Source: a virus (taxonomy: Duplodnaviria; Caudoviricetes). From it: a DNA stretch of 54,274 bases. The stretch covers positions 1-54,274 of the IMG/VR virus record IMGVR_UViG_3300050162_000156; one strand, 5' to 3'. The notes under the pieces are model-generated. The model did no database searches, was not told where the DNA came from, and saw only the letters and a program-made list of their open reading frames with translations. Of this stretch, positions 8,781 through 17,912 are shown piece by piece. The position numbers and the translations under genes are program-made. Each line of letters starts with the position of its first letter. Positions within the stretch are counted from its first letter, which is position 1.

Positions 8781-8906
8781 ATGAGAATTAAGGGAGTATG
8801 CCAAACGTGCCGAAAAACATTCATTAAACTCAAGGCCATGAGAGGCTGCGACCAAGTTTGTGCGCGATGTATTTCTGTAGTTCGCGTCAAGAAACGACAT
8901 GAATAG
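8781..8906 (+). CDS. 41-aa zinc-finger microprotein (not in ORF track)
   Basis: GGAGG RBS; MRIKGVCQTCRKTFIKLKAMRGCDQVCARCISVVRVKKRHE has two CxxC motifs; terminator follows. Confidence 0.7.
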   Translation: MRIKGVCQTCRKTFIKLKAMRGCDQVCARCISVVRVKKRHE

Positions 8907-8909
8907 TTT

Positions 8910-8936
8910 AGGGGAGGCTTTAAGCCTCCCCTTTTT
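8910..8936. terminator. Terminator between convergent genes
   Basis: AGGGGAGGCTT-T-AAGCCTCCCCT followed by a T run. Confidence 0.8.
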
Positions 8937-8937
8937 G

Positions 8938-9672
8938 TTATTTGATTAGTGCCAAATCAGCTTGTAGCTGTGTCAGATTCAAACCAACCGGGCTTGACCC
9001 CTTAGAATCCAACCAATCCTGCGAAATGATCGCGTATGATTCATCGACATAAACTTTCCAGAAAGCCCATGTCATTTTCATGACTTTACCCCATGAGATA
9101 AAGTACACATAGTTTGCATCATAACCACATACACAAACACAGTGGCCTCCCCAACTACCTGCTACATTATCCTTGGTATGTGGAACCACATCCCAAATAT
9201 CCTGATTCTGTGCGCTAATTGGAAGAGCTACCCCAATATACAATCCACCAAATAGATCAGTGGTAACTTTCACTTCATTGAGATTTTTCTGATCTACTTT
9301 TGCGTAGGCTGCAATTTTGTGTCCCTTGAAATCAGTGTTTTGCCACTGAGTTAGAACATCCAATTCGATTCCGCCAGCATCGGTGTTTGGATCAGATGGA
9401 TTATAGCCGTCCCACTTCTCATAGTACGATACCACATCATCATCCGAAAATTTGACTTCTTTGCTTGCGTTAAGTGTCCATACCATAATCATGTGAGCTA
9501 CACCTGCAATCGTGCAATCACCTAATTGATCGTTTTTGTACATCAAAAAATCACTAGCATTCTTGGCCCAATTGATTGATGTAGGTGGAACGGGTAACAC
9601 GGCTGGAGTCAAATACTTCGCCATCTTCAACGTGCGATTATCGTGTTTAACCGCCTTTTTACCAAGTTTCAT
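8938..9672 (-). CDS. Papain-like (C1-related) cysteine peptidase
   Basis: NDQLGDCTIAG (catalytic Cys), GGHCVCVCGYD (His), ISWG. Confidence 0.8.
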   Translation of the reverse strand: MKLGKKAVKHDNRTLKMAKYLTPAVLPVPPTSINWAKNASDFLMYKNDQLGDCTIAGVAHMIMVWTLNASKEVKFSDDDVVSYYEKWDGYNPSDPNTDAGGIELDVLTQWQNTDFKGHKIAAYAKVDQKNLNEVKVTTDLFGGLYIGVALPISAQNQDIWDVVPHTKDNVAGSWGGHCVCVCGYDANYVYFISWGKVMKMTWAFWKVYVDESYAIISQDWLDSKGSSPVGLNLTQLQADLALIK

Positions 9673-9673
9673 G

Positions 9674-10339
9674 TTATTGTCCTCTGATAAGTGTTTTGAG
9701 TAGTCGCAGCCTGTCTAGAAATGACAAGTGCTTTCCAACACCCGGCGCGACTAGAGTTGATGTTACGGTATGCACATCTGATGTGATACCTGCAATATTT
9801 CCAGCAGTTGTCTTAATTGCTGGATCGCCCAAGGTCGCATTGACCAGATCAAGTGTATTAGTTAAATGGCCATATAACTGAAGCTCTTGCTGGTCCAAGG
9901 TATCTAGGTTATCGTACTCGTGATCAATTACCATGTCTAAATGTGTAAGCGACGATTTAGCTGCCAGTATAGATTTATTCAGTTGGATAAGTGTGCCGTG
10001 CTCACCATTGATATAGTTAAAGGAATTTTGTAGATTACCATCAGTGGTAATTAGTGCATGATTGAGTTCAGGTATGGTCTGGTCGTTGATTGTCTGAAGA
10101 GTGGTATTTAGGGTACTTGACGTTGCATTCAATGTTGTCACTGTGTTTGTCAGTTGAACAAGAAGAACATGCGCATCATTTGCATCTGATCCGATAGTCG
10201 CAGTCACAGCTTGTAAAGAGGAAACTTCTGTATCCACGTTGTTCATAACTACATACATCTTGACGAACAATACAGGCAGACCAATAACCAAAATTATCAG
10301 CAGAGCTATCAATAACCACGATTGAATGTTTTCTCTCAT
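9674..10339 (-). CDS. N-terminally membrane-anchored coiled-coil protein (spanin- or MCE-tail-like)
   Basis: One hydrophobic TM helix followed by long heptad-patterned T/N/L-rich helices. Confidence 0.6.
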   Translation of the reverse strand: MRENIQSWLLIALLIILVIGLPVLFVKMYVVMNNVDTEVSSLQAVTATIGSDANDAHVLLVQLTNTVTTLNATSSTLNTTLQTINDQTIPELNHALITTDGNLQNSFNYINGEHGTLIQLNKSILAAKSSLTHLDMVIDHEYDNLDTLDQQELQLYGHLTNTLDLVNATLGDPAIKTTAGNIAGITSDVHTVTSTLVAPGVGKHLSFLDRLRLLKTLIRGQ

Positions 10340-10343
10340 GGTG

Positions 10344-10949
10344 TTATCCCTTCATTGCGACAAGCGTGGTGTATGCACTATCCAGCTTTGCGTTACGCAC
10401 GTTCTGCAATTCGTCTTCCGATGATTCATCGCCTTGAAGATAATCAATTTCATCATTGAACTGATCGTCCCAAATATCATCATTATCAATGTCTGAATCA
10501 AGTGGAGTCATTTGTTTGTTGCGAATATCGTATTGATAGAAATGAATTCCCGGAACCTTGATGAATCTTTCCCAGATACTTCTTCCACCACGAGTTTGGC
10601 CCATGCCTGACATTAGAATTATGTTCTTCGATTTGACCAACCAAGTATAGAATACAACAGGCAAATTCATCCCAGCATACTCTGGGTTAACTGCAACCAG
10701 ATCGACCAGCATAGTATGTTCGTTTGAGAAGGGAGAAATGAGGCGCACCACGAGAGCAATCGCATTGCCATCATACATCGCTAACAATGTTTCGGCATCG
10801 GTAACAGATTTGATGACTTGATACTTTCCCATCGTTCCATAGGCAGTCTTTCCGTACACTTTTGAGGTACGCTTCCATGAGGACACTAGATCGTTATAAG
10901 TGTCCTTCTGAGTTATTGCTGTTGTCATGGTTATTTCGGTCAATCGCAT
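10344..10949 (-). CDS. Late protein with GNAT-like fold (start revised to MRLTEI)
   Basis: VDLVAVNPEYAGMNL...GQTRGGRSIWERF resembles GNAT motifs A and B; ATAAATA 5 nt upstream. Confidence 0.55.
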   Translation of the reverse strand: MRLTEITMTTAITQKDTYNDLVSSWKRTSKVYGKTAYGTMGKYQVIKSVTDAETLLAMYDGNAIALVVRLISPFSNEHTMLVDLVAVNPEYAGMNLPVVFYTWLVKSKNIILMSGMGQTRGGRSIWERFIKVPGIHFYQYDIRNKQMTPLDSDIDNDDIWDDQFNDEIDYLQGDESSEDELQNVRNAKLDSAYTTLVAMKG

Positions 10950-10971
10950 ACAGGTATTTATGACCAAATTG

Positions 10972-10999
10972 ATAATGGCCGCTCGTGAGCGGCCATTAT
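10972..10999 (-). terminator. Terminator-like hairpin
   Basis: ATAATGGCCGCTC-GT-GAGCGGCCATTAT right after the stop of 11001..11309. Confidence 0.65.
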
Positions 11000-11000
11000 G

Positions 11001-11309
11001 TTATCCATGCAAAATTGAACTTTTTGGAAGCACCAGTGCCGAAACACTTTCTAAATACGCTTGCTCTAAGTCCGGGCGAATTTCACTGGATTCTACCACC
11101 ACGTTTGTCAAACGAAATACACATGGTGCATCCGGCTTGGCACAAAACATAACTGGTCCTAGCGACATTGCATCGTATGGATCAACCAACAACACTCTGG
11201 CATCCTTGAGTTCCAATAACGTTTCCGATAGCATGGATAGCTTGCCAATAATCTCTTCACCTGTCACAATCTTAATTACACAAACTTTTGTTTCGTCACC
11301 CATAATCAC
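11001..11309 (-). CDS. Phage Sm-like (LSm-fold) protein
   Basis: VIKIVTGEEIIGKL...LKDARVL...AYLESVSALVLP pattern of T4-like Sm-like proteins. Confidence 0.65.
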   Translation of the reverse strand: MIMGDETKVCVIKIVTGEEIIGKLSMLSETLLELKDARVLLVDPYDAMSLGPVMFCAKPDAPCVFRLTNVVVESSEIRPDLEQAYLESVSALVLPKSSILHG

Positions 11310-11737
11310 TCCTTGATTTTTGTCAAAATCTCTTGCTTTGTTATAGTTTGAACAAGTTGAACTTTTTCCTGCTCTATTTCAGACAAATATTTATCTCCGA
11401 TCAACAAGGCCGGAATGATTCCTTCGATTACATCATTTACAATTCCAACCGAAAAATTAGTGTCCTTTCCATGCGAACTCATGATCAGAGTGTACAACAC
11501 ACCTAAACATTGTGAGTTTTTACAGAAGGTATTCTCACTGAAAAGTTCCCATGGTGTAGGCCACTGCTCTAAAACAGAAATGTCAAACTTGTCTTTCCGT
11601 AAAATAGGGCAAAATTCCCATTGATTTATTGTTGCGGTAACTGCCTCTTCAAATGACAATTCAGAAATATATTTTCTAAATTTACGGATAGAGAGAATTC
11701 TATCCTCTGGTGTGCCTATCCATTGAATGTTAACCAC
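11306..11737 (-). CDS. Conserved jumbo-phage hypothetical protein (start revised to GTG 11737)
   Basis: AGGAG RBS; WPTPWEL...FCKNSQCLGVLYTL motif. Confidence 0.7.
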   Translation of the reverse strand: MVNIQWIGTPEDRILSIRKFRKYISELSFEEAVTATINQWEFCPILRKDKFDISVLEQWPTPWELFSENTFCKNSQCLGVLYTLIMSSHGKDTNFSVGIVNDVIEGIIPALLIGDKYLSEIEQEKVQLVQTITKQEILTKIKE

Positions 11738-12422
11738 ATGACTCCTGTGACTCGTGAAATTTGATAACCTTTTCCCACCACATTTCTTCAAAGCGTTTAA
11801 ACTCCGTGTCTCTAATCCAGAATTCTTGATATTCCAAATCAGGCGTACAAATCATATTCACTGCCGAAGTGATGTTAGTGCCATATAGATGATTATGTGC
11901 AATCGCATACGCCACTAATTGATTTCTATATGAATCTAAATATTCTTCCTTTTTCAGTTTATTACTCTGCTTGAAATCGATGATAACAATCTCGCCATCT
12001 ATCTCAGCAATGCAATCAGTTGAACCAGCATACAGCGATGGATACCAAAGACCGATTTCAGTACCATAAAACTTGGTACAATTGACCAATCCTTTTTCAA
12101 TAATTGTCGAGGCCATGTTATGCGCAATTTTAGCCATCGGGTGTGTACCGCAATAACCCATATCGTCAGTGTTAATCCAATTTTCTAAAAACTTGCCCTG
12201 ACGTGTGCCTCTTGATGCTGCCTCTCTAGTGATCGCAACGGCTTTCTGTGGGCCTACCCATTTTCGCCAATTTTCCAAGGCTTCTTTATCTTTCTGGGAT
12301 TTGGTAGCATCGAGAATGGTAGTGACCGAGGGAAGATATTGATTTTCCGGGCAGCTATACAACCGCTGCCCGTTTACTTCGGCCCGTGTTAATGTAGTAT
12401 ATGGAAAAGCTGCTGTGATCAT
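11730..12422 (-). CDS. PD-(D/E)XK (Cas4/lambda-exo-like) exonuclease, leaderless start
   Basis: LPSVTTIL, RGT, TEIGL, YAGSTDC, IIDFKQS, QLVAYA. Confidence 0.88.
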   Translation of the reverse strand: MITAAFPYTTLTRAEVNGQRLYSCPENQYLPSVTTILDATKSQKDKEALENWRKWVGPQKAVAITREAASRGTRQGKFLENWINTDDMGYCGTHPMAKIAHNMASTIIEKGLVNCTKFYGTEIGLWYPSLYAGSTDCIAEIDGEIVIIDFKQSNKLKKEEYLDSYRNQLVAYAIAHNHLYGTNITSAVNMICTPDLEYQEFWIRDTEFKRFEEMWWEKVIKFHESQESCG

Positions 12423-12428
12423 AGGTCT

Positions 12429-12457
12429 ATTATATCTATAATTAAATCGCGTTTCAA
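12429..12457 (-). promoter_or_regulatory. Sigma70-type promoter
   Basis: TTGAAA-N17-TATAAT, ending 6 nt before ATG 12422. Confidence 0.8.
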
Positions 12458-12907
12458 TCACTTCATACGCTTTGCTGCGCGTTTAGCCATAGTCTGTACT
12501 GGATTAGGAGCCATCGGGACCGTGGGAGGGGCTTCTGGCGCGATTGCTGGCTCTTCTTCATTACCTACCGGAGCCGCAGTTTCACCCTCCAAGTCAGTAT
12601 CCAACAAATCGTCATCATTCTCATATGGCATTAGTGGAGTTTTTGCGGGAGGCATCACAGATGCAGTCGAACCATCCAATGATAATTTAATGGTATTTTT
12701 GTTAATGTCGGACACCTTGCTTGCAAGCGAAGGATCGGAGTGCAGTGCATCCTGCAACTCTTGGTAAGTCATTTCAATTCCAGTTCCACTTAGCATGTCC
12801 AACACTTTTCCAGTTGGAACAACGGGCACACTATTATGTTTATCGTGTGCCCGGTGCGAGAGAAGCTGAAGGATAGAAATTAGTGAATTTCTAACGTTCG
12901 CATCCAT
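12458..12907 (-). CDS. Conserved hypothetical protein
   Basis: 149 aa; acidic Pro-rich linker; ends VQTMAKRAAKR. Confidence 0.8.
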   Translation of the reverse strand: MDANVRNSLISILQLLSHRAHDKHNSVPVVPTGKVLDMLSGTGIEMTYQELQDALHSDPSLASKVSDINKNTIKLSLDGSTASVMPPAKTPLMPYENDDDLLDTDLEGETAAPVGNEEEPAIAPEAPPTVPMAPNPVQTMAKRAAKRMK

Positions 12908-12909
12908 TC

Positions 12910-13521
12910 TTATTTTCCTTTGTTACGTTCTGATTTAATACCAATGACTGCCAAGCGATTGAGTTCTTCCGACAAACGTCTTGCTTGCTTCGGGAACTTC
13001 TTCGTATCGAGTTCCATGAGAGCTTTATGAAGTGCCTTCATCTGTGCCTCACGAATTCTCTTTTCGCGACCAATTGGATTCTTCACAGGTGGCTTTTCGT
13101 TGGGTAGAGCTTCTGGTTTATTTTCAGAATCTTCGTCATCCAAGTCGGGCAACTCAACAGGTTCAGACTCATCGGGAAGGTTCAGGCCACTGTCAAGATC
13201 GCCTTCGGCTGCATCGCCAGTGAGAACCAATGTTGCATTTTCAAGAGTGGTCTTGTGTTCCTTTACAGCAGCAAGCAACGAAGTCAAAACTTCATCGGCG
13301 GTTGATTGATATTTTGATGCGGCTTCTGCACCAAAGCTGGCACGAATGGAATCGATCAGATGGGGCAACTCATCATTGCACATCTTACCAATTTCCACGA
13401 TGGTATCTTGCAGACGATCTACCAAATCCTTTGCAGCCAATGATGCTTCGGCGTTTTCCATTTTGCCTTCCACAATCATTTTGCGGCAACGACTTTCAAT
13501 TAGTTTGTGTTTCGGTGTCAT
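12910..13521 (-). CDS. Probable prohead core/scaffold-like protein
   Basis: Helical, acidic linker, PIGREKR motif; AGGAG RBS; GTAAATA late-motif variant upstream; function inferred. Confidence 0.5.
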   Translation of the reverse strand: MTPKHKLIESRCRKMIVEGKMENAEASLAAKDLVDRLQDTIVEIGKMCNDELPHLIDSIRASFGAEAASKYQSTADEVLTSLLAAVKEHKTTLENATLVLTGDAAEGDLDSGLNLPDESEPVELPDLDDEDSENKPEALPNEKPPVKNPIGREKRIREAQMKALHKALMELDTKKFPKQARRLSEELNRLAVIGIKSERNKGK

Positions 13522-13536
13522 ATAAAATCTCCTATA

Positions 13537-14652
13537 CTATTTACCTGTGTTGGCTTGGATCGCTTTATACATTGCGGTGGTATATGCGATTAGACTGTCT
13601 TTGCGATCTTCATCCAGCCCGTCAAACTCGTGATCGCTGCTGGTTGCTATCAGACGTTCAATACTATCAATTGATCTTGGCGTAGGGTCAGATACACCAG
13701 CAGAGTACACCTTGGAAAGCATCTTATAAATGACATTTTTGTTGGTATATTCGCTGAAGTGTTTTTGAATTTCTGAAGCTAAAAATGTTTTTGGTTTTGG
13801 ATTATGGGAAAGAATCTTTTCAAGACTGAGTTCATATTGTTGGAACTTTTGTTTTCCAATATCCGTGCGCAATGGTTGCTTCCGTAAACCAGCGACAAAA
13901 GCAGATACGATACCCGTGGCCATCGACTTTGCAGCATGAGTTGCAATCGCGTTAGGATTGGCGGCAAGTGTATCTTTGTGCGCTTTTAGTTTATCAACCA
14001 TTTGTGCAGCTTTCGCATTCAACTCAGTGGTTTTTTCCGTGGGGGCTGGTCCCTTGTCTGATATTGCGCACCATTTGTTAAGGGAGCCGATATACACGAA
14101 TCGTTGACCAGCAGCGGTTATAGAATTACCGTCTTCTGGGGTTGAACCATACCATGCAGTCAGTTGCTTCTGGGTGTTATCAGCAAGGGGTGATTTTACA
14201 TCAACATGTTCCCATTTCGATCCAAACATCATGTACTTTTGGCCGTCCTTTGCGACAATGACGGGAGTGGGTGTGCTAGAAATTTTCACACCCTTCAATC
14301 TCTTTGTTCCTTTTACCTTGACCTTTGAAAAGGATTTATCGGGCGGGGCAGGATATTCATTATTCTGCCAGAAGTTATTCCAGTGATCATCAAGATCAGT
14401 CTCATCTTCAAACAAGAATTTATCATGACGAATAGTTTCCTCTACCACTCGCTGTAGCAAGACGAGAGCCATGTACTCATCTGATTGCATAAAGCTATCG
14501 CGCAAACGATATTCCCGCAATCTCTGTGAAATTTCTTCTTTGAGTTGAACAGCCAAATTTCTTGTCAGTTTTTCAACCGGAAATTCAATATCGAATCTTT
14601 CGGTTAATTCATCGTAAAATTTGAATGGTTGGTCGAACTGTTCTATGATCAT
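13537..14652 (-). CDS. Hypothetical late protein, possibly internal head protein
   Basis: 371-aa ORF, AGGTGA RBS; internal repeat of a (DG/AG)Q(K/R)(Y/F)..G..W unit. Confidence 0.7.
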   Translation of the reverse strand: MIIEQFDQPFKFYDELTERFDIEFPVEKLTRNLAVQLKEEISQRLREYRLRDSFMQSDEYMALVLLQRVVEETIRHDKFLFEDETDLDDHWNNFWQNNEYPAPPDKSFSKVKVKGTKRLKGVKISSTPTPVIVAKDGQKYMMFGSKWEHVDVKSPLADNTQKQLTAWYGSTPEDGNSITAAGQRFVYIGSLNKWCAISDKGPAPTEKTTELNAKAAQMVDKLKAHKDTLAANPNAIATHAAKSMATGIVSAFVAGLRKQPLRTDIGKQKFQQYELSLEKILSHNPKPKTFLASEIQKHFSEYTNKNVIYKMLSKVYSAGVSDPTPRSIDSIERLIATSSDHEFDGLDEDRKDSLIAYTTAMYKAIQANTGK

Positions 14653-14659
14653 AATTCAC

Positions 14660-15001
14660 CTATTTTTGCATCATTGGAAAAACGATTTTGATTATTACGA
14701 TTCCAATTGCTCCTATTAACGTTGCGATGATTGCTGCGCCCCAATTGATAATCTGTGTTGTTCTGCTGTCGCGTGTTTCCTGAATCGCGTCCCATATATC
14801 ACTGATCTGACTATCGTACAAAACCCTGATGTTGTCCAGCTTAGTAATAAATTCCTGTCTCATTTGATCGACAGTAGATTGATTGTTATCGATAGAATCT
14901 TGAAGATTCTCTAAACGTAGATTCACCGCTTGCTCTCTTGCATCCTGTAGAGCAATGTGCATCTCTAGACTTTTCTTTTCAATATCATTTGGAGACACCA
15001 C
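14660..15001 (-). CDS. Coiled-coil protein with C-terminal TM helix (holin/hemolysin-like architecture)
   Basis: Heptad region followed by WGAAIIATLIGAIGIVII. Confidence 0.6.
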   Translation of the reverse strand: MVSPNDIEKKSLEMHIALQDAREQAVNLRLENLQDSIDNNQSTVDQMRQEFITKLDNIRVLYDSQISDIWDAIQETRDSRTTQIINWGAAIIATLIGAIGIVIIKIVFPMMQK

Positions 15002-15008
15002 AAATACC

Positions 15009-15389
15009 TCACAACAAAATTCTCTCTATACTATTTACCCCCCGAAGGGAGATATTGCATTTGTCACCACTGATATAAAAACAATCAGAAGGGGTTGATT
15101 CAGTCAGTCCAGAAATAACAGGAACATGCTCGAAATCGCTCAATATATCACGCAAATCAATTCCGCCTGTCTCATATTCAACCTCCATAATCCATTCGTC
15201 TCCTTCACGAACAGGTTCACTCACCTGCACAGGAAGAAATCGCAAGTGCAATATCTGAATAACAACATCATAATTTCTTTGCTGATTCCTGCGCAAAGTC
15301 CATCCCTCTTCATTCTCTTCCATCAACGAATTATAATTTCGACGAACATCGGTCTTGGTAATATCTACGGTAGTTCTCAATTCAATCAT
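15009..15389 (-). CDS. Conserved late hypothetical protein (start revised to MIELRTTVDIT)
   Basis: TTVDITKT, RNQQRNY, VPVISGLTE; ATAAATA 5 nt upstream. Confidence 0.75.
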   Translation of the reverse strand: MIELRTTVDITKTDVRRNYNSLMEENEEGWTLRRNQQRNYDVVIQILHLRFLPVQVSEPVREGDEWIMEVEYETGGIDLRDILSDFEHVPVISGLTESTPSDCFYISGDKCNISLRGVNSIERILL

Positions 15390-15415
15390 ACCGCTATTTA
15401 TGGACAAGCGAACAC

Positions 15416-15454
15416 CGTCATATTTCTTCTATAGTATTAAGGGAAAACCTGACG
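15416..15454 (+). repeat. 39-bp quasi-palindromic box, copy 1
   Basis: CGTCATATTTCTTCTATAGTATTAAGGGAAAACCTGACG; 1 mismatch to copy 3. Confidence 0.95.
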
Positions 15455-15507
15455 GTATTTCACTTATAAATAAAACCAATTTTGGTAATTTATTCATAGA
15501 CAAATAG

Positions 15508-15546
15508 CGTCATATTTCCTCTATAGTCTTTAGGAAAAACCTAACG
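15508..15546 (+). repeat. 39-bp quasi-palindromic box, copy 2
   Basis: CGTCATATTTCCTCTATAGTCTTTAGGAAAAACCTAACG; 92 bp from copy 1. Confidence 0.92.
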
Positions 15547-15557
15547 GTTTTCTTCAA

Positions 15558-15633
15558 TAAGAAATACCAAAAATGAATTTAGCACTGCACCACCCATGAT
15601 TGATATGATGTTCATCAAATTATGATTTTCTTT
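15558..15633 (+). repeat. 76-bp inverted repeat, left arm
   Basis: Reverse complement of 43308-43383 with 4 mismatches; 39-bp perfect core GAATTTAGCACTGCACCACCCATGATTGATATGATGTTC. Confidence 0.97.
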
Positions 15634-15672
15634 GAAAGAACACACCTGATAAATATCAGTATAGGAGTTCTC

Positions 15673-16458
15673 ATGTCATCTAAAATAAGTCCATCTACTA
15701 TCGATGCCACATTTCCAAAAGCTACAGTGAATCAGTCTTCGAGTGGGTTTCGTACCAACTTTCTAGCAATCCAGAATGCGTTTAAGGAAACTCGTTTGGA
15801 AATCAACGACCTTCTAGATAAAGTGATCGTCTCCGCACCGTTGGCCTATGGTTCATCAAATGTATACATCAATGACTTTGGTGGAATGAACAACTCGAAT
15901 CTTGCGCTTACCAATTATGCCAAGACATTGTATGATCATGGCCAGATCAGTACAGATGGCGCACTATCCATCGACTTTAGTGCCGGATCAGTTCATACAT
16001 GTAATCTGATCGCTTCTACCGTGCAAACTGTTCAAGTTGCCAATTATGGGAATCTTGGTCATCAGTCTGCTATCCTTTCCGTATTCGCAAATACGGTTCC
16101 GCAATATTTGGACTTTACATCGTTAGATGGAACCATGTACCCATATTCCTCGGTTCCGTCCGCTGGAAACTCATCCTTGTATGCGCCCCAGACAAATAAT
16201 GGAAACCTTCGACTGGACGCGGTTGATTATAATTATCTCGTTGAAGTCAGTAGTGAAAATGGCGATGATTGGTTTGTACAGGTGCTCAATCCTCCTACGC
16301 AGGTCGATGTAGCCACTGCTGTACCTTCTACCTCAATCGGTTCGGAAGGCGACCATCCGGGCATGATTGCCTACAATAGTTCATATTTTTACGTGTGTAT
16401 CGCTGAATATGACGGAACCACCCAAATCTGGAGACGATCAGCATTATCTTCGTTCTAA
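15673..16458 (+). CDS. Virion structural (tail/fibre-associated) protein; start revised to MSSKISP
   Basis: AGGAG RBS; ATAAATA; N-terminal IDATFP..SSGFRTNF and C-terminal GMIAYNSSYFYVC..IWRRSAL fibre-type motif. Confidence 0.75.
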   Translation: MSSKISPSTIDATFPKATVNQSSSGFRTNFLAIQNAFKETRLEINDLLDKVIVSAPLAYGSSNVYINDFGGMNNSNLALTNYAKTLYDHGQISTDGALSIDFSAGSVHTCNLIASTVQTVQVANYGNLGHQSAILSVFANTVPQYLDFTSLDGTMYPYSSVPSAGNSSLYAPQTNNGNLRLDAVDYNYLVEVSSENGDDWFVQVLNPPTQVDVATAVPSTSIGSEGDHPGMIAYNSSYFYVCIAEYDGTTQIWRRSALSSF

Positions 16459-16461
16459 CCG

Positions 16462-16490
16462 TTGACATTTGACTGAGTATGTGATATAGT
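16462..16490 (+). promoter_or_regulatory. Sigma70-type promoter of the dut-to-clamp-loader operon
   Basis: TTGACA-N17-(TGn)TATAGT. Confidence 0.8.
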
Positions 16491-16531
16491 CTTGATATAC
16501 AATATTTTTGATTGTTGGAGAACTATATCAC

Positions 16532-16981
16532 ATGCTATATGTAAAGCACCTTGTTTCGGATTCTATCGCCCCCACCTGTTCTCATCCCAATGAAGATTTG
16601 GGTTATGATGTATATGCCGCAGAAGACATTACTCTTCGCCCCCACATTCCCACAAAAGTAAGCACCGGAATTGCTGCACAGTATCGCGATTCATCAGACG
16701 AATCGATCATGTATGGCCTGTTGATTCGTGACCGTTCATCCATGGCAGCAAAGGGTATCACTGTGTCGGGAGGAGTTGTTGACGCATCGTACACTGGCCT
16801 AATTAGTGTCATTCTTACCCTCGCTGGACATTGGAGTGATTCTCCTGTTATGATTCACAAGGGCGACAAGATCGCACAAATGCTTCCGTTGAAGGTTCAT
16901 ACTGGTGAGGGTGTTTCGGCAGTAGATGAATTGCCTAGCAACACTAGAGGAGCCAATGGTTTTGGAAGCACAGGAGTTTAA
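16532..16981 (+). CDS. dut: Trimeric dUTPase
   Basis: Motifs GYDV, RSSMA, GVVDASYTG, KIAQM, RGANGFGSTG. Confidence 0.95.
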   Translation: MLYVKHLVSDSIAPTCSHPNEDLGYDVYAAEDITLRPHIPTKVSTGIAAQYRDSSDESIMYGLLIRDRSSMAAKGITVSGGVVDASYTGLISVILTLAGHWSDSPVMIHKGDKIAQMLPLKVHTGEGVSAVDELPSNTRGANGFGSTGV

Positions 16982-16983
16982 CA

Positions 16984-17214
16984 ATGTTTATCGATTTTAG
17001 CGAACTCAAAAACAAAGAACTTGAAGAGCGAATTACTAAGGCTCGGCAGATGTGGTTATCTGCCAACAATGAGAGTGTCGCTCAACAATTTGAACACATT
17101 CTGCGTGAGTTGGAAGATGAGCGCACCCGCCGTTTTGATGCACGAATGAAGCGGTATTATGAACGTAAGGGTATCACTGATCCTAATCGGGATACTACAC
17201 CAATTGATTTTTAA
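16984..17214 (+). CDS. Small helical hypothetical protein
   Basis: AGGAG RBS; in operon. Confidence 0.8.
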   Translation: MFIDFSELKNKELEERITKARQMWLSANNESVAQQFEHILRELEDERTRRFDARMKRYYERKGITDPNRDTTPIDF

Positions 17215-17234
17215 CCGGGACTTCGGAGGATAAC

Positions 17235-17912
17235 ATGGAATCAGTGATTGATAACACTACGGTACGACAGGAGCTACACGCAAAGGTAATTTCGGTTGAT
17301 GAAAACGGGTTTCTTCCCATGGCACTAACTATCACCTTTGATCTTATTATGCTTTCCCCTGAATATGCTGCACAATCGACAGCGGTGGAACGAGTGCAGG
17401 TCTTTTTCAGGGACGTATTCAATAAGTGCATGGTGATTGCCGAAAATAGTCCGCTATTGCCCAAACTCAAGAAACTCAAAACCTCTACCCTCATTATGGA
17501 AACCCCTGATGTACCATTTGAGCACCAGATTGGTTCATTACTTTTCAATAAACTTCAGGCTATCGTGGAAGATGTTTATTTGGTTGATGAATTGACTATC
17601 TGGGGTGACAGAGGAGGTCTTTCCTACATTATCAACAGTGCCAGTAAATATTCCGATAGCAACGAAGACAATCGCTGGTGGAATCGCGAGGATTTAACGC
17701 TGTCCGATGATAAGAAATCTCCACTCATTGAACTCACATGGGAAAAACTCGGGATGGAACTTGGTGATTATCTCATTTTTGATTTGGATGAAGACGGCGA
17801 ATTGGTTTTCACTCCATTGGAAGATGAGCCGGAATCTGATCTAGCGGTGACAGTAGTAGACGGCGGGGCAGAAAACCCCACCGAGGATGATAACTCGGAT
17901 GATTCTGAATAA
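17235..17912 (+). CDS. Conserved hypothetical protein with acidic tail
   Basis: GGAGG RBS; WWNREDL and TWEKLGM motifs. Confidence 0.8.
   Translation: MESVIDNTTVRQELHAKVISVDENGFLPMALTITFDLIMLSPEYAAQSTAVERVQVFFRDVFNKCMVIAENSPLLPKLKKLKTSTLIMETPDVPFEHQIGSLLFNKLQAIVEDVYLVDELTIWGDRGGLSYIINSASKYSDSNEDNRWWNREDLTLSDDKKSPLIELTWEKLGMELGDYLIFDLDEDGELVFTPLEDEPESDLAVTVVDGGAENPTEDDNSDDSE

Noticed and set aside
11730-12422. Cas4 as evidence of a CRISPR system
   Set aside because: Lacks the Fe-S cysteine set of Cas4; matches the common stand-alone phage PD-(D/E)XK exonuclease
15414-15547. Two 39-bp repeats with a 53-bp spacer as a mini CRISPR array
   Set aside because: Only two adjacent copies, the third is 28 kb away; the spacer is AT-rich low complexity; no cas genes
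16984-17214. Ribosomal protein L29-like (ELKNKELEERI)
   Set aside because: Resemblance is limited to a generic helical hairpin; the L29 C-terminal R..IAR..T signature is absent
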